Positions 34,803 to 50,700 of a stretch of DNA of 64,000 nt are shown here, piece after piece. Within the stretch, counting starts at the first letter, position 1. Each line of letters opens with the position of its first letter. Under the pieces are notes generated by a model. The model had not been told where the DNA came from and ran no database searches. It saw nothing but the letters and a program-made list of their open reading frames with translations. The stretch covers positions 9,000,698 to 9,064,697 of the forward strand of contig OZ037765.1 in assembly GCA_964035545.1 (NCBI GenBank). Direction: 5' to 3'. The position numbers and the translations under genes were made by a program. This DNA is from Bugula neritina (taxonomy: Eukaryota > Animalia > Bryozoa).

Positions 34803-37800
34803 ATGGAAGAAGGCGAAACTAAAGCAGTGCTTGGTACCACTTCCGTCTGTGATGATTTGCGGGGAAATTCCGAAAGTACATATAAAGATTTTATTAAACC
34901 ATATCAAAATGGCAGTATCAACCAGTTAGAAAGGCTGATGTCGATGGCTAGTGATTTGAATAAAAATATTTCCATTGATGAGACTATAGTCAGTGCGAAT
35001 GAGTCCGTTAGCACTTCTTCAGTTGATAGTACAATGACTAATACTGCTAACCGTAACCATGCTAGTCAACTGCTGTTGGCCGCAGCTTCAGTTGTTAGCA
35101 ATGGCTTTCTCGGAGTTCCCAATGGCTTACGTACCTCTATGGTGACAACAGCAAATACCGGAATACCAAGCTGCGTGATCTCGTCTGTTGGGAGTTGCCC
35201 ACCTGTGATATCAGTCAGTGAAACCTCCACCAGGACTCTAGCTAGTAGCACTTCTGTCTCTTTCACCTCTAAACCTACCATGAGCACCGGTTTTGCTGAG
35301 ACACCCTCTATGTCTCAATCGACACTGGCTAACTTGACTCTACCATTAAAGACTACATCCGCTATTGTCAATTCAGCTTTGTCACAACCAAAAGACCTGT
35401 TACCAATAAATGTTTTACCAGGTGAAAAGCTAAATGAAAACAGTTTAAGCTCTTATATCGTTGTGCCATTCCTCTGGAAACGAGAAAATGTGGAAGGAGT
35501 TATTCGTTATCGCAGGTAAGCAATGTTAAATAATTATGCTTCAAAACCTATGTACTTTTTACTCTAAGCATAGCATTTCTTGTCAAATTTGTTTGATCTC
35601 ATTTCTTGTGTTTCAACATAATTTGCGTTGTTAAACTCATTGATGGCTGCTATAAATTTTCAAAATCTCAAAATTCATTTTATTGACCACATTTATTTGT
35701 TGTATTAAAAAACCTCTCCACAATATAGTTTCCTTTTTTTAGCAAGTTAAATAGCTCTGCCACTCCTGTTTTCTAATTTTATTTATCCTTTTTGCAGCCC
35801 GTCAGAAAAAGTGTTGAGCAGCATAGACGAAGTAAAAGAATACTTATTATCTGAAGACACTTGCAAATGTGGCTTACCTTGCCCTTTTCATATTGAAAAG
35901 GTTTTTAATTTTGATTCTTCTGTGATGTCTCAACTTTGGAAACTGTCAGACATTGATGTCTCCGTTGAGAAGTCTAAGCATTCCTGTTGCCACAGAAAAT
36001 TTATTAAAAGTAATGCATTGATGAAACAATGTCAGACCGTTCCTAAACCACTAAAGCCACCTCCTTCCAAGCGTAGAGGTATGCAAGTCAACGCATTTAT
36101 CATTTTATTTACTTTCTGTAGTACGAATCATTAGGTTCGAGTACTGTAACATTTCTGGCTACATGATATTCTATTTTTTTATTTTCCTCAATTGTTTCGC
36201 ATTTTCAACTATTGATCAGTCGAAATAATAGATTTTCTAAGTTTCTTTGTGTGGTGGGTGCTCTTATCAATGTTGGACTGGTTCGTTTCTTGGATATAGG
36301 TAGTTGCTATATATTGTTTACTTGTTTGACGTCTTGTTGCAGTTTAATGAAGTTTCTTGCGAACTTACTCTATCCATACTATATTGATGGGCCTACCATC
36401 TAAAGCAGTGATAATTTTTAGCATATTAAATAGTAATTACTATGTAATAATTATAGTTCTTGATGTATAATTTCAAAGCAGAGGGTCACTTCCAGTGATA
36501 TAATCTCTATTAGAGTTACTCTGACTGTATTTCAATACTTGGAGCCAAAAAGAAAAATTTTTTAATTGCAACTTCATAGCTTGTATTAGCTCCTTCTGAT
36601 TTTTAAGACACATTCCTAGCTTCAGGCACAATGTTTCTGACAGTATAAATATGCCAGTCATGTAGCTAAGTCATTAAACTTCCATTCAGTTTGTGTCAAG
36701 AGTTATTAAAAACAAAATTCCACATCAAAGAGAAAAATTTCTGTCGTTCAAAAACTTGGATACATATTTTTATTAGAATGACATAAAAATCCAAAGAAAT
36801 TGTCTATAAGTTTTCGAAAAACACTTTTTGAAAAAATCATCATAAGTTATTACTGAAAGTGAGTGTAACTTTTTCTCCCTAAAACCAAGCTTAGTTAGCA
36901 TTTGTCTACAACTCTGTGCTATACTGATATTCTAAGTCCACTCAACAGTTGATGCCTCCCTGTTGTTTATTTGTTGCTAATAACGAGTTAATGGGTTTTT
37001 TTGACCAGTGTAAATGTTAACACAAGAGTAAAATGAGGTTTTGAAAATAATTCCTGTTTAGCAACTATTGAATTTAATAGAAATTTATTATGCAATATTT
37101 TCGGATAAGGTTGTGTATTTTGTGTGTACATTGCTATGATGAATTAATGTTTTACTCTTCCCAGTCAAACCAACTGCCAAAGTTGCCAACAAAAAGTCCG
37201 AAGGCGGAATTTATCGGAAAGCTGCCCAGCATTTTAAAAAGTCTCCCGAGAAGTTCCAAGGAGGGAAAGCAGCGTCAGCGTCTCAATCAAATCTGCTGTT
37301 GAACCCTGGCAGCAATACTTCGACTCCGATACCTCCTATAGAGACGGTTATGAGGAATTCTCTGCCCTTTTCATATCCATCTCACCCTGAAACAGGTGAG
37401 TTGTGTTATTGTGGACTCAAGGCTACAGTTTTAAGATCATTTCCTATGCTTTACCTCATGTTGCTTAGTAACATGCCATCACATTGGTAGAAATATATAC
37501 TATTATGGAAAATACCTGTATATGGATGTAGTGCACTCAATTTAGTAAGAATTGAGAGAGAAATCCATAGATGTTGGTCAATTTATTCTATGGTCTTCCT
37601 AGTAGCGTTGCTACATGTGCACATTATATAACTAAATGAGAATATTTTAGCTAAGAATTGTTTTAAATCGCTTTTGGTCATCCACAATATATCGTAGTTT
37701 TCTGAAAAAAATGAGGAGATTGAAAGACTAAAGCCATATAAATCATTTATTTCTGAAGCAAGCTTGTATATTCTATTTGCTAAATACTGTTTTTGATTCT

Positions 37801-40397
37801 AAATAACAAAGTGAAGATTATTTTAAAGCTAATGATCTTTCCTAAGATGAATAGTGAAATTTATCTGTTGTGTGTTTGTAGTGCTACAATTATGTTTGTA
37901 GGTTTTCACTCTCCTCGTCAGCTCTCAGATCTGGTCTCATCTGGAATGACCCTTCTCTCTCCACATGGATCTTCCAATCAAAGCAGTCACATGGTACCAG
38001 TCATAACACCTACCGGATATCCACCATCAAATGGCAGTCTTCTGCCACAGCATATATACAGGCAACCTGGAGACCCAGGTAATCCAGAGCAGCCCCAAAT
38101 ATTCTTACAGAGTATTAACTAATACCATTAACTTAGCTTACCTCAATGAATTACATATGATTAGGAATTAGTTTTGCTTTAAATTAAAAAAAATATTAAA
38201 ATAGTTTATTTGATCATGTGCCACAACAAGTAAGGGTAGCTAATAGCAATTATAATTCTCTTCATATCATATTTTATTCTTTGAGTATGCTATAATGTGG
38301 TATAACGTAAGATCTGTTAAAACATCTGAAAGAAGGTCTGTGGGTGATTTAGGCAGCAATAAAAAACAATGTTATGTTTGCTATATTTGACAAATGTTTT
38401 TTACTCGTTTTCTTCCTTTGGTTACTGTAACTTTATCATCAGGTTGCCCCAAGCTGATGAGTTAATCGAAGACATACATACATACATAAAATGTTATATA
38501 AATCATCAATTTGATTGGGTGTGCAACTCCAAAGTTGTATTTTAACTATAACATCAATATATTTTTTGCATGTTTTAATAATACACAAATATAACTGTCC
38601 GTACAGCTGCAAAGCTGACAAAGTATTTGGCATGAAGTTAGTTGCAGTGCCTCTACTATAGTGAGAATCTTGAGAGACTTTTCCTCTCAATACTTATACT
38701 GAAACCAGCACATAGTAGCATATGGATGCATATTGTTGAAGCATATTTTTGGGTTCTACACCTTTTAATAGTGTTTAGGGAAATAACCTGAAATGCTAGT
38801 ATATATTATCATTGTTGTGCCAAACTTGCAATATATATATATATGGAAATGTTTTCTCTTCAGGTTTACTATCTCCTAACAGTCAACACTCTTACTACAA
38901 CATGCCATATCCACCTGGCGCCATGCCTCCATACCCCTACTCTGGATATGAATTCACTCAGACTCACCCAAGGCCATGGAATTCACCGCCACCTTTCCCA
39001 CCTATGCCCCCTCCAGGAGCTCAACTCGGCCCTCCGTTTTGGCAAACAAGGCAAGAAGGTTCTAGATCTGATGTTTCCAATATTGTTCGTAAACGACAAC
39101 GACGAGCCAGTAGCCGATCAAGTAATGGAGGCAACAGCGATACGGGTTACACTTCAGGGCTGTCTTCCCCAGCCCATGCTTCTCCTGGTCAAAATAAACT
39201 ACAGGAAAAAGCTGAAAATTTATTCAAATCAAAGGTTTGTATCACACTAATTTGGTCTAAAGTGTTATTTATTAGAAACATGCTTTCAGGAACTGGTTGG
39301 TAAAATTGCAATATTGTGTCATTTCTTACTGTTGCATATTATAAATGTTGATTTTACAGGTACTGGATGATCGAAGGCACAACCCAATTGATATTGGATC
39401 TATAAGCAAAGTGGCCGATACACATAGTGGCTCTACGAATCAAAATCCTTTACCGTCTCTATCCGATACTGACAGTAATAAAAAGAGCGGTACCGGTAAT
39501 GTCTTGCCAGACATCAGCGTTCTGGCTTTGAATCCTGCCCTTAGATCTGAGCAATCGTCTGGAAGCAGATTGCCTACAACTAGAACTCATTCTCAAAATA
39601 ATTTGTCCTCGGATGGAATGCAATATATGGATCCGTTGTATCGGGCTAGGCATATGCCCCCTGGATACCCTCACCAGTTGCACCACATGTATCTACCTAA
39701 CCGGCCTCCTATGTATATTGCACAACCTCCTAACCCAGCAACTCATATGCACATGACGCAAACTAACAGCACTGAAAGTTTAAGGAATGAAACTGTTTCA
39801 GATAAAGAGCAACAACAACCTGCTCGAAAGAGACATAACTTAGCTCATGATTTTTCCAAATCAAAAGTAAACAGCAAAGCTGTAAATACCACTGCTAGTG
39901 CTCAGGGTAACGGAATTAATAGTCGTACAGTGAGTGTTCCATCCGGTCAGCAAATGCTTATGAATGGCTTTCAGCCACTTTTCAATCAGCATATAGGAGC
40001 ACCAGGAATTCCCTATCCGCATTCATTCGGTAGTGAATATGGTTATGCAGCTCAAGGACCAGTTCACATGATGCGAGCACCAACTGCGCCAATGCTTTAT
40101 AGGTACCCTCAGTCAAGAATGCCGGTTCCACCCCAAGTTATGCCATTTCATCAAAGTAGTAATTCCATGTATGCACAGCCACCTTTTATGACGTCACCAA
40201 ATGGTTCAAATTTTGCCTACGCACCATCCAGCACACCTCCTACCAGTCCCAAACGTAAACGGCGAAAAGGTAGTTCAAAAACGGTGATTGAATCTCACTC
40301 AGCAGTCTTGGCTGAGACAGATAATCAAGAAAGTTTACCTGTAAATGTTGAATCTTCTCGTGTGCAGTCAGAAAACAATGCCACTAGTGATAAATGA
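34803..40397 (+). CDS. MBD5: Methyl-CpG-binding domain protein 5/6-like (PR-DUB-associated MBD)
   Basis: Spliced MBD VVPFLWKRENVEGVIRYR|SPSEKVLSSIDEVKEYLLSEDTCKCGLPCPFHIEKVFNFD is characteristic of MBD5/MBD6. The rest is Pro/Ser-rich. No PWWP domain recognised. Confidence 0.88.
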
Positions 40398-40862
40398 TTA
40401 TTATTTGTGATACTAATTTTGTTGTAAGTGTTCTATGCAAATTATATCCCAGCCATTTTAATGATAAATTAATGTTACATTTATATTTTTAAGCTATTGA
40501 CTGTTATGTTGCTGCTCATACTGCAGAACATATATATTTACACACACACACACACATACACATCATGTACAGCATTCATATGTATACTTATACATAGTTT
40601 TATCAGGTTACTTGGCAAACTTAATTGCATTTACATTATTTATTTATTTAGATTTGTATTATGTTACAATAAGTTTTTTACTGCATTTTATTATATATCT
40701 ACATTATTGTAATTCCCTATATAAATTAAACCAATCACAAAGTTAACTTATATTTTATAAAATGAATATACAAACAAGGGAGATGTCTCAATAGATTTGT
40801 ACAGGTTAATAAAAGTGTTTGATCATATATGTACAACACAGTCTTTTAATAATGCTTTTTAA

Positions 40863-42185
<1,323 letters not shown>

Positions 42186-42532
42186 TGTGGTTGTGATTGA
42201 TCTTTACAATAACTATGAGCCAATTTTATTTGTGTTCGTAAAACAATGGTTTATCGTCAAACCGGGCTAGCTTCTAAAACAAAGAGTACTTTGGAACTAG
42301 ACAGTACACAGTTGATCTTCTGGTGGCAACAAGTTGAAGCTCATTGAACAAAAAATTGGCGGATGTCGTATGCGCGTGTTGAAATGGCGCGCAAGCGCAT
42401 TCTAACCGCGATTCCCCTAGCAATAATTATTATTTTCAAATCAAACAGAAGTTATCTTTTCAGCTTAATCACTAAATTTTAGTAAATTGCTCGCTATATG
42501 ATATTTCTAATACTTAGAAATTATGCGGAAGT

Positions 42533-42963
42533 TTCTATATGCAGTAATCTGGCTCGACATTCGGTTGCTGGATATTTTATGATTGGCTGATTAGGTAGCG
42601 TCTCTGATTGGCTTACTAATTGAAAAAACGCTAGAGATTATTGTAATGCCTTGACTGTCATGGCGTACACGTGCTCTCCAAATCAATAATCATAATGATA
42701 AAGTCATTACAACCTCTACAACATCTTACTATAACTCAATTGATGATGCTTTTAGAGCAATAAAAAATTTTGAAATTCAAAGTAAAACTAAGTATGGTTG
42801 CAATGATGGCCACTTCAGGCGTGTGCAGCGGTATATTAAATTGTGTACTATGAGTTGGAGCGCACAGTGACCATCTCAGACATCAACAATAGCACGTGCG
42901 TCAAACAGCCAATCAGACAATATCCATCAAACTAGATGTCGAGCCAGATTACTGCATATAGAA
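42533..42963. mobile_element. MITE-like element within the SNRPF/MED20 divergent promoter region
   Basis: Perfect 28-bp TIR TTCTATATGCAGTAATCTGGCTCGACAT (42533-42560 / 42936-42963), extending imperfectly to about 55 bp. Confidence 0.75.
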
Positions 42964-43561
42964 CTAACCTAGAAATGCAATTGCCTCTACTCCCAGTCTC
43001 ACTCTGCAAGGTTTGTATTTAAATTAAGGACTTATTGACGATGACTGTGCATTTCGAATGTTAAAACTATATTTTTAGTTTATACTAATACGGTAGTTTT
43101 TTCTTTATTTTATAGTCTCAATCTGCAGTGCTCAGTGCTGTGATTTTATTATTTATCCTCCGCACCTTGACCACGAGTCACACTCACAGTCTCAGTCTGA
43201 GAGTGAGTCGTAACTCATACAACTTGAAATATTTATATACTTATACAGAACTTTATAGTCATAGTCACTAGTGATATTGTATTTGATCGTTTAGGAGCAG
43301 TAGTGGAAAAATTGTTAAAAACTAAAAGTAAAAGGGTAGTTAATTGGATTAACATTTTTGCAATCTCAATTTGAATCTGGCAGTGCCATAGTTTCAGTCT
43401 GAGTTTGAGTCTGCAGTTGGAATTTTTATAATTGTTGACTGGAAATTATTAGAAAATAATATCAATATGATTGACATTTTTATTTTCAGTGCATAATTTT
43501 GTCAACTATTTTAGGTTGAGCCTCAAACATCTGTTTCAAATTCAAGTAACTTCAACCGGTC

Positions 43562-45641
43562 ATGGGTGTTTCATGGTATGTAAAATGTACTTGCAAGTTG
43601 TAGGGTATAGGTTTAGAAAATATGACTTGTCAGTTGTGGCAATTTAGCTTCAAAAGGTGCACAGTAAATCTTTTTCTCTCCCACTGTTTAATCTTCCTTT
43701 AAAAGGTTGGCAATCAGTAAAAGTTATTTGGGTATTATTGGGCTAAGCCTAGGGCCACACTGTGCGTATTTTCGCATGCGAAAATTGAAATCACAAGTAG
43801 CAAAGGTGTCCACTGTGCGCGTTGAGAAAACATTCGCACTTGTCGCTCTGCATTCTCAACGCAAGTGCGAATCGTCTCCGTCGTCGTCACCTAATTGGCT
43901 GATAGTTATTCAGCGAGCCCAACTTCTTTATTTTAGTGCTACATTCCAGTAAATTGCGTTTTATTGAAAGCGAGTGCGATTTAAAAATGAAAGCTTTATT
44001 TATCATGCATCACTGACGCTACAGTGGACACCTTTGCTACTTGTGATTTCAATTTTCGCATGCGAAAATACGCACCGTGTGGCCCTAGGCTAAGAGGTGC
44101 TGTTCACAAAGATTTAAGTCTTGCTGTGTGCAAGTATTTTTTGCACTTTAAGATTTGACCGTTTAGTTTTATGCATGCCTTGTAACTGTCAAATCATTTA
44201 TTGTTATATAATTATTGGCAACCATTATTCATAGTATATATAATAATATGCTTGTTTTATACGACTTCCTTGATACTCAATTTTATTTAGAGTCGTGTAC
44301 TGTTAAAAAATTCCATCATATTTCACATTTATCTTTATTCAGGGTTGTCAACATACCTTTTGATGAAAACAAAAGTTCCCAGCAACTTTTAGATGGACTT
44401 AATCAACGCCTCACGATATTAGGTGCTGTTAAGTCAGGGATGCACTATATTGACTGTGACGTGTACCAATCTCAGGTTCCCCATGGTAATAACTAATAAC
44501 TTAACAATTTACGGGGCTCATAAAGTTTAAAGAATATATAATAGTTTAGTTTATACTAAAATCCAACCTTTATCTTATTACTGTATATTATTTAGTGACG
44601 GTTTACAAACAATTTCCCCTTTCTCTTTTTATATAGTATACAACTCCTAACTATTAGATTTACTTGTGCTCTCTGGCTTGAGTTTACACACTTTAAATTT
44701 AGTAGAAACACAAGTTATATATATTATAATACAAATTGCTTGCTCACATGTGTTTATAATAGGAAAGCAATTTACTTATAGTTAAAACAATACTACTTCG
44801 AAATTTCATGCAGTGGGCTGTACTCTTTAATTACTATTATATACAGATTTTATGTACAGGTTTATATGATAGTACCTGAAGTGCGTACTCTGCTACACTA
44901 AACTGTATATAACTACTTTTTTCATTACTCATACATAACTAACATATGAATAAACTTACTAAACTATTTCCACAATTTCTGTAATGTGTTTATTTGGTTT
45001 TAGCGTCTCAAAGTTGCTGCTATTTAATGCACAACAGTGAATATCCAGTCACCTCCTTCGCCATACTAGACTCGCATACATGTCTCACTTCCGACAATGT
45101 GATTGATCTTATCATGATGAAGCTTAGGCCTCTCTATGAAAATAGAAAAAACCTCAAGTTGGAATGCAAAGGGTCGAGATTCACCTTGCAAGACTTTGTG
45201 TTCAAATCTACTTCCGTACAGCTGACTAGCACTAACAGCATTTTGGGTATTTTATTAGAGGTGAGTCTGTCTGTTTTCCAGCTGCATAATCTGAATCGTA
45301 TGTCTATAAGCTGGAGCTTTAGAGCTTTAGCCAGTTACTTGCCTGTATGATTTAGCACATGGTAGTAATCAGTGATAATCTTTTATTTTTCATACGTTTT
45401 TTATGTCTAATTTTGATTTTAGGTTGAATACTTGCCTTCTGTGACGGCTGGCAACTGTTATGCACTGCTGAAAGAAATGGTGGAAGGAATTTTGGGGAAG
45501 TCTGTAGAAATACCCAACTACTTGAAGATTAGAAGCAGTGAGCTGTATTCACCCAATGACACAATGCAACAGTACCTGGAACACTTTAATCTTTTGAAAA
45601 AGTCCCATTTATCACAAGTCACTTCTCAGCAGCAATCGTAG
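43562..45641 (+). CDS. MED20: Mediator of RNA polymerase II transcription subunit 20, 4 coding exons
   Basis: MGVSW|VVNIPFDENKSSQQLLD..LGAVKSGMHYIDCDVY, YLMHNSEYP, FTLQDFVFK..LGILLE|VEYLP..NCYALLKE and YSPNDTMQQYLEHFN. Confidence 0.93.
43747..44090. mobile_element. PIF/Harbinger-type (Tourist-like) MITE in a MED20 intron
   Basis: Near-perfect TIR of about 70 bp, GCCTAGGGCCACAC..GGTGTCCACTGT, flanked by TAA on both sides (43744-43746, 44091-44093). Confidence 0.85.
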
Positions 45642-47747
45642 TTTAGTTATTTTTATAGTTGTTAGTGTAATATTTTTGTGTATATAATGTTGCATTATTT
45701 CTGTTTTTCTACTGTGCTGCTATTGTTATGTAAATATTTTACAAAGTTGGCATATTGTTTGTACATTTAATATAATGCATACAATATTTTGGTATTTTAA
45801 ATATATATACATTAAATTTGTTATATTTTCAATGATTTAAGTACTACTCCCACATACTGTAAATTAAAATTTCTATACATTTATTTACTATACTGAAAGG
45901 TAGTGTAAACCTTATTAACTGTCAAACTGCATTGAGCGAAACTAAGCTGTCACTATCTATTACTTGTGGTGCATTGGAACACTCAACTAATGCTTATTGC
46001 AAAATTGTATATATAATTACACTCAGCTCTAAAGATAAGTAAAATACAAGTTTGTTGATTTTGTTTTAAAATGATACACAAGACCAATTACTACCTGAAA
46101 TTTCCCCAAGAAAGATTTTTTTATTATATATTCATACATGTTGGGAAGTACATGCTTCTAATTTATGCAGCAGTTAATGTTTCTATGGTAACCAACAGGT
46201 CATGTGATTATACATATAATGATGGGGACTATACTGACAACTAAAACAAAATGTGTAATTCCTGTTATCAGCAAAAATGTATATATTCCCAAGAGTTCTG
46301 CTTTAGTAAACTATCATAAAATGAAAAAGGTTTAACATGGAAGCACATGCAGCCAAAATTTGTAGAGATAGACAAAAGGTTTCTTACATAAACCTTAATA
46401 TAATAACTAATCTCTGATCTTTACATTACTTTGCCTCAACTCTGTATGGAAAGTTTATGTTAATCATCATCATGGAAGTCAAATGTGTGGGATTCATTTT
46501 TAGAAACTGAATTGGCTTGCTTAGGTGGCTATATTGATTTTTACTTAAATATATCAAATACAAACTAGAATGTATATGTATCAGAAACTTTTAGTAGCTG
46601 TGCTTAGGTATAAATAAGCTTCATTTGGAGTTATTTCTGAGAATGAGTAGTATTTTATTCTTTCAAAATGGTGCAGAGAGCAAAAACTAAACTTCTTAAG
46701 AACTGTGGGTAAAAAACAGGATAATGCACTAAAACAAGAATTATCTTCTCAATAAAGTAAATACACAACTCCAAATTACAATCATATTCAAAACTAAAAG
46801 AACTCAAGAAGCTACTTTAATTATATTCAACATCTTTTACATAGTTTATTGTTTCAATCTTTTACTGCAACAACTTGTAAGCTCACAGTACAATCGTACA
46901 CAACACAGAAGCTCTAAACATCTGCCTTTATTGTTGAAAAAAATTATGATTTTTATACCCAGTAAGTCAATAGCCGATCATGTAATAACTGTGGTGCATT
47001 TTATGTACATGCTACCTTTTCTGATACTTTACATAAAATCATCGGCATTGTAATATATATAACATTTTTTAACATTGAAAAATTAGGAATTTTGATAGAT
47101 AAACATGGTTCTCTATGGCCTATTGCTTCCAAAAAAAATTCTAACAATTTGTAGAAAAATACTTTTCATATTTGGTATGAAGAGTTCAACTATTTATCAT
47201 TTTTGTCATGCATAATTATATAGTATTATTTTTCCCAGTAATTTAGAATAAACTTTCGTATTTTTTCCTTACTTTCTCAGAATATTTTTAGTTTCAAGTT
47301 ACTTGTTTTGTAGTTTAATGGAAGTTCAGTTGCCGGCCTAACAGGTAAAATATAGCCCTTTGCTGTTTACTAATGCATAATATTTCTCTAAAGATATATA
47401 GTTGAAAATATGTATTTTATTAATTAATATATAATGGAAACTGAAATAATGGCATAATTATCACTTATTGCCAATAATTGTGCCATAGTAAGATACATTT
47501 TTGTATTAAAGAGCTCAAATTCTGTTTACGAAAACTAAACAATACAACTTTAATTTATTAAGCCAGGTAAAGCTTTAACTATTCACTGTCATACCTTCTG
47601 CATATATTATATGTACAATATATAACATGCATTGGTGAATTTGATTTATGGAAGTTTACAATATTATATAAAATTTAGATCAATATGTAATTGTTGTAGC
47701 TTATGTGAAGCTACCAAAATAAAGACTCCCGCAGGCAAAAAGTAGGC

Positions 47748-50700
47748 ATGGATGAGGCACAGCTAAATGTAGAACCCCAAACCAGGACCCCTACTTCAAA
47801 CTCTCAGGCTACTAAACCAGATGATGACGTGACGTACAGGTTAAGTAACACCACCCTGTCTAATGTAGAAGACAAAGGTAAACTTTTGTACAACTTGGAC
47901 CAAACAAGTGTTACTGATGACTCAATTTGTTTGGAAGTTCATACATCAAATGAAGTTTCACCTGCCAGTGGAGGTGGTTTATCAGGATGTGGAGATGCTC
48001 CAATGAGCCCACCTAGAGATTCTAAGTTTAGTTACAAGAAACTAAATGCTCTTTGCGAAGTTGATTCATCAGTCAGTACACAAACTAACCTTTCCACAAT
48101 CACTAACAAGACTGTTGATGAAAATAGATCTCAAAGCAACAGCGTCTCAGTAGAATTTGCTACGTTACCCAAATGTTCAGACAACGATTTCATAGTTCGA
48201 GTATCTTCAACAAAATCTCCACTTTTACAAAATAAAAAGCCAAAGATGATTGGTCGAGGTGTTTTGGTCAAGTCTGTCTCCCAGATGCACTCTGCTAAAG
48301 TACAAACATACCCCAAAGTTAGGGTTTCTGCCACTCAAAGTTTGCTTCTGCAGACAAGCGATTCTTCTCTGCAAACACAACATGAAGATTTCACCACAGC
48401 AAATGTCCAGACTAGTCCTACACTCTCTCAAAGTCAGTCGAGATTATATGACATTTTTATCATTTTAATTATGCTGTACATTATTTTATATTACTTCCTA
48501 ATAGGCCTATATTATATTATATTACAATATGATTATATTATACCTCATTGCATTATTATATAATATATTCTATTATATTACATTATTATATACTATATTA
48601 CATAAACCATGCGTCGCTTATAATAACGAAAAGTAGCAACATTGTTACCTGTTTTATTTGAAGCAATATTTTGATACAAATTTAATACAATGCATTACAA
48701 TGCAAAACTGCATTTTACAATCATCAATAAACTTCTCATGGTATAAATGGCATTGTATTAATTTTATAGGCTATGCTGCTACAAGTTCTGCTTGTGAAAC
48801 AGGTGAGTCTTTTACATTTAAATGCATTGCAACATGTTGGTGGGTGGTTGCAATAAGCAATAATAAAATTATCTAGACTGTAACTGCTTGTAGCACAAGA
48901 AGTGTTTTTACTATATCTATTTAAATATAATGCAATATGATGCTTTCATAAAGGACTAGGTTGATAAAAAGTATACGTAGCATTTTCCGCTTAATAAAAT
49001 TTACTCTGCTTACAGTCAAGTCTTTCGGGCGACGTCCAAGTGACTACACTTCATGTACTGTAAGTACAGGCTACAGAAGTAACACTATATTCTACATAAT
49101 TCAAGTGTTGATAAAATACTAAATTTTTATTCAACAAGAAATAACAATTAATCTCAATTTTTGGCTGTTGATATGTGTAAAATTGTCCAATCATTTCCTA
49201 TATCTACTTTAGAACATTATTATAGAAGCTAAAATCTATATCAGGTTTGAAAATAATTCAGGAAGCCTTGCAAAGCTTTTAGCACAATAATCTTTAAAAT
49301 TCTTATTAAAAATTTTATTTATTTTACTAAAATCACTAAACCATTGCTATTTTGTATCTTAGTAAGAACTCTATAGACTACTATGTCACATTTGTCAGCT
49401 TTAAAGAGCTTGTTAATTGCAGGCCAATTTAAAGACAAAAGTTACTTCGCAAGTTCAAAGCATGACCAATATATTTCACCAACCAAATGCTTGCAATAAG
49501 CATATATATTCAGAAAGGCTTGATTTCAATAGAGATGTTAAATCTAAAGTAAACTCAATAACTAACCATAAGCCTGGTGGTGGAAATAAATGTATACTTT
49601 CAGAAAAGTTAAACTTTCGAACTAACGCCAAGTCAAAAGTTGGATCATTAGAGAACCTGTGTCACAAGCCGCAAGGTGGAAATCTGAAGGTGAGCCATGC
49701 TAGTCTTGTCAGATGTTTGCTCAAATTTTCGATTGATTTACAATTTATAGACAAAAAACTCTTATAGGTAAAGAAGTTAATGTCTTAACAAAGGCTAGCA
49801 GTTGCCTGCAAACTTTCTTTCTCAACTAGACGGCTGTAGTCCTGTACGTTTGAATATGGGTAGCTACCCGTATTTGAAGCAGTTAGCTGCTAAATGTATT
49901 GTGCTAATTTTTCTAATCATAGATATTTCAACACAAACTGGACTTTACAGAAAGAGCATGTGCTAGGATAGGTTCATTGGAGAATATTCACCACAAACCA
50001 GGGGGAGGAGAAAAACAGGTGAGTAATTAATTGTGTACTGTTAATTCATATGTCGTGCAGTGGTAACAACCTCTGTAAAAATTATTGCAGGGTTTGACTT
50101 GAATTAAGTTTTTATATGCTCTAAACTACATAGTTATGGCAAGTTACTAGTGATGATCGACTTCAAAGCTAGCAGCCTGAAGTATTTGGGATCATAGTTT
50201 TTAATATAAAGGCAGATCATGATGTGAAATAATTGCCCCATTGGGACCCAAACCACAGACCTCCGGCTTGCAAGCAGGCATGCTAACCAACTACACCGCA
50301 GGGGCTGTTGGGTTAATTCAACACTACACATGAAATGCGAGCCCTTTTAAAGATAGAGATATTTAGCATGCTGAAATAGCCCTAGATATCCAACTAATAT
50401 TTTCAAAGCAAAGCCCTGCAGCTAAAACAGTATTTAATAGAAAGTAAATAAAGGTCATCACACCTATACAATAATTTATATTATTGCAGCTAAATTGCTT
50501 TAATTCATAGTTGTGCTCTCTCCATATAAGAGGGGGATAACTATTTTCATACCACTATTGGTATAATAAGGCTTGGGCACATAATATATCATTTGTTGTC
50601 ATACTTGCTATAGTTTTAATATTAATAGGTCATATATTCAGTCATGAAATTAAATATTTAATAAACACAGAGCCTTGAAGCTAACTTGTTATGATTTTGG

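Noticed and set aside
50234-50305. Functional tRNA gene
   Set aside because: The T-loop lacks GTTCGA and the stems are mismatched, so it was treated as a SINE or pseudogene.
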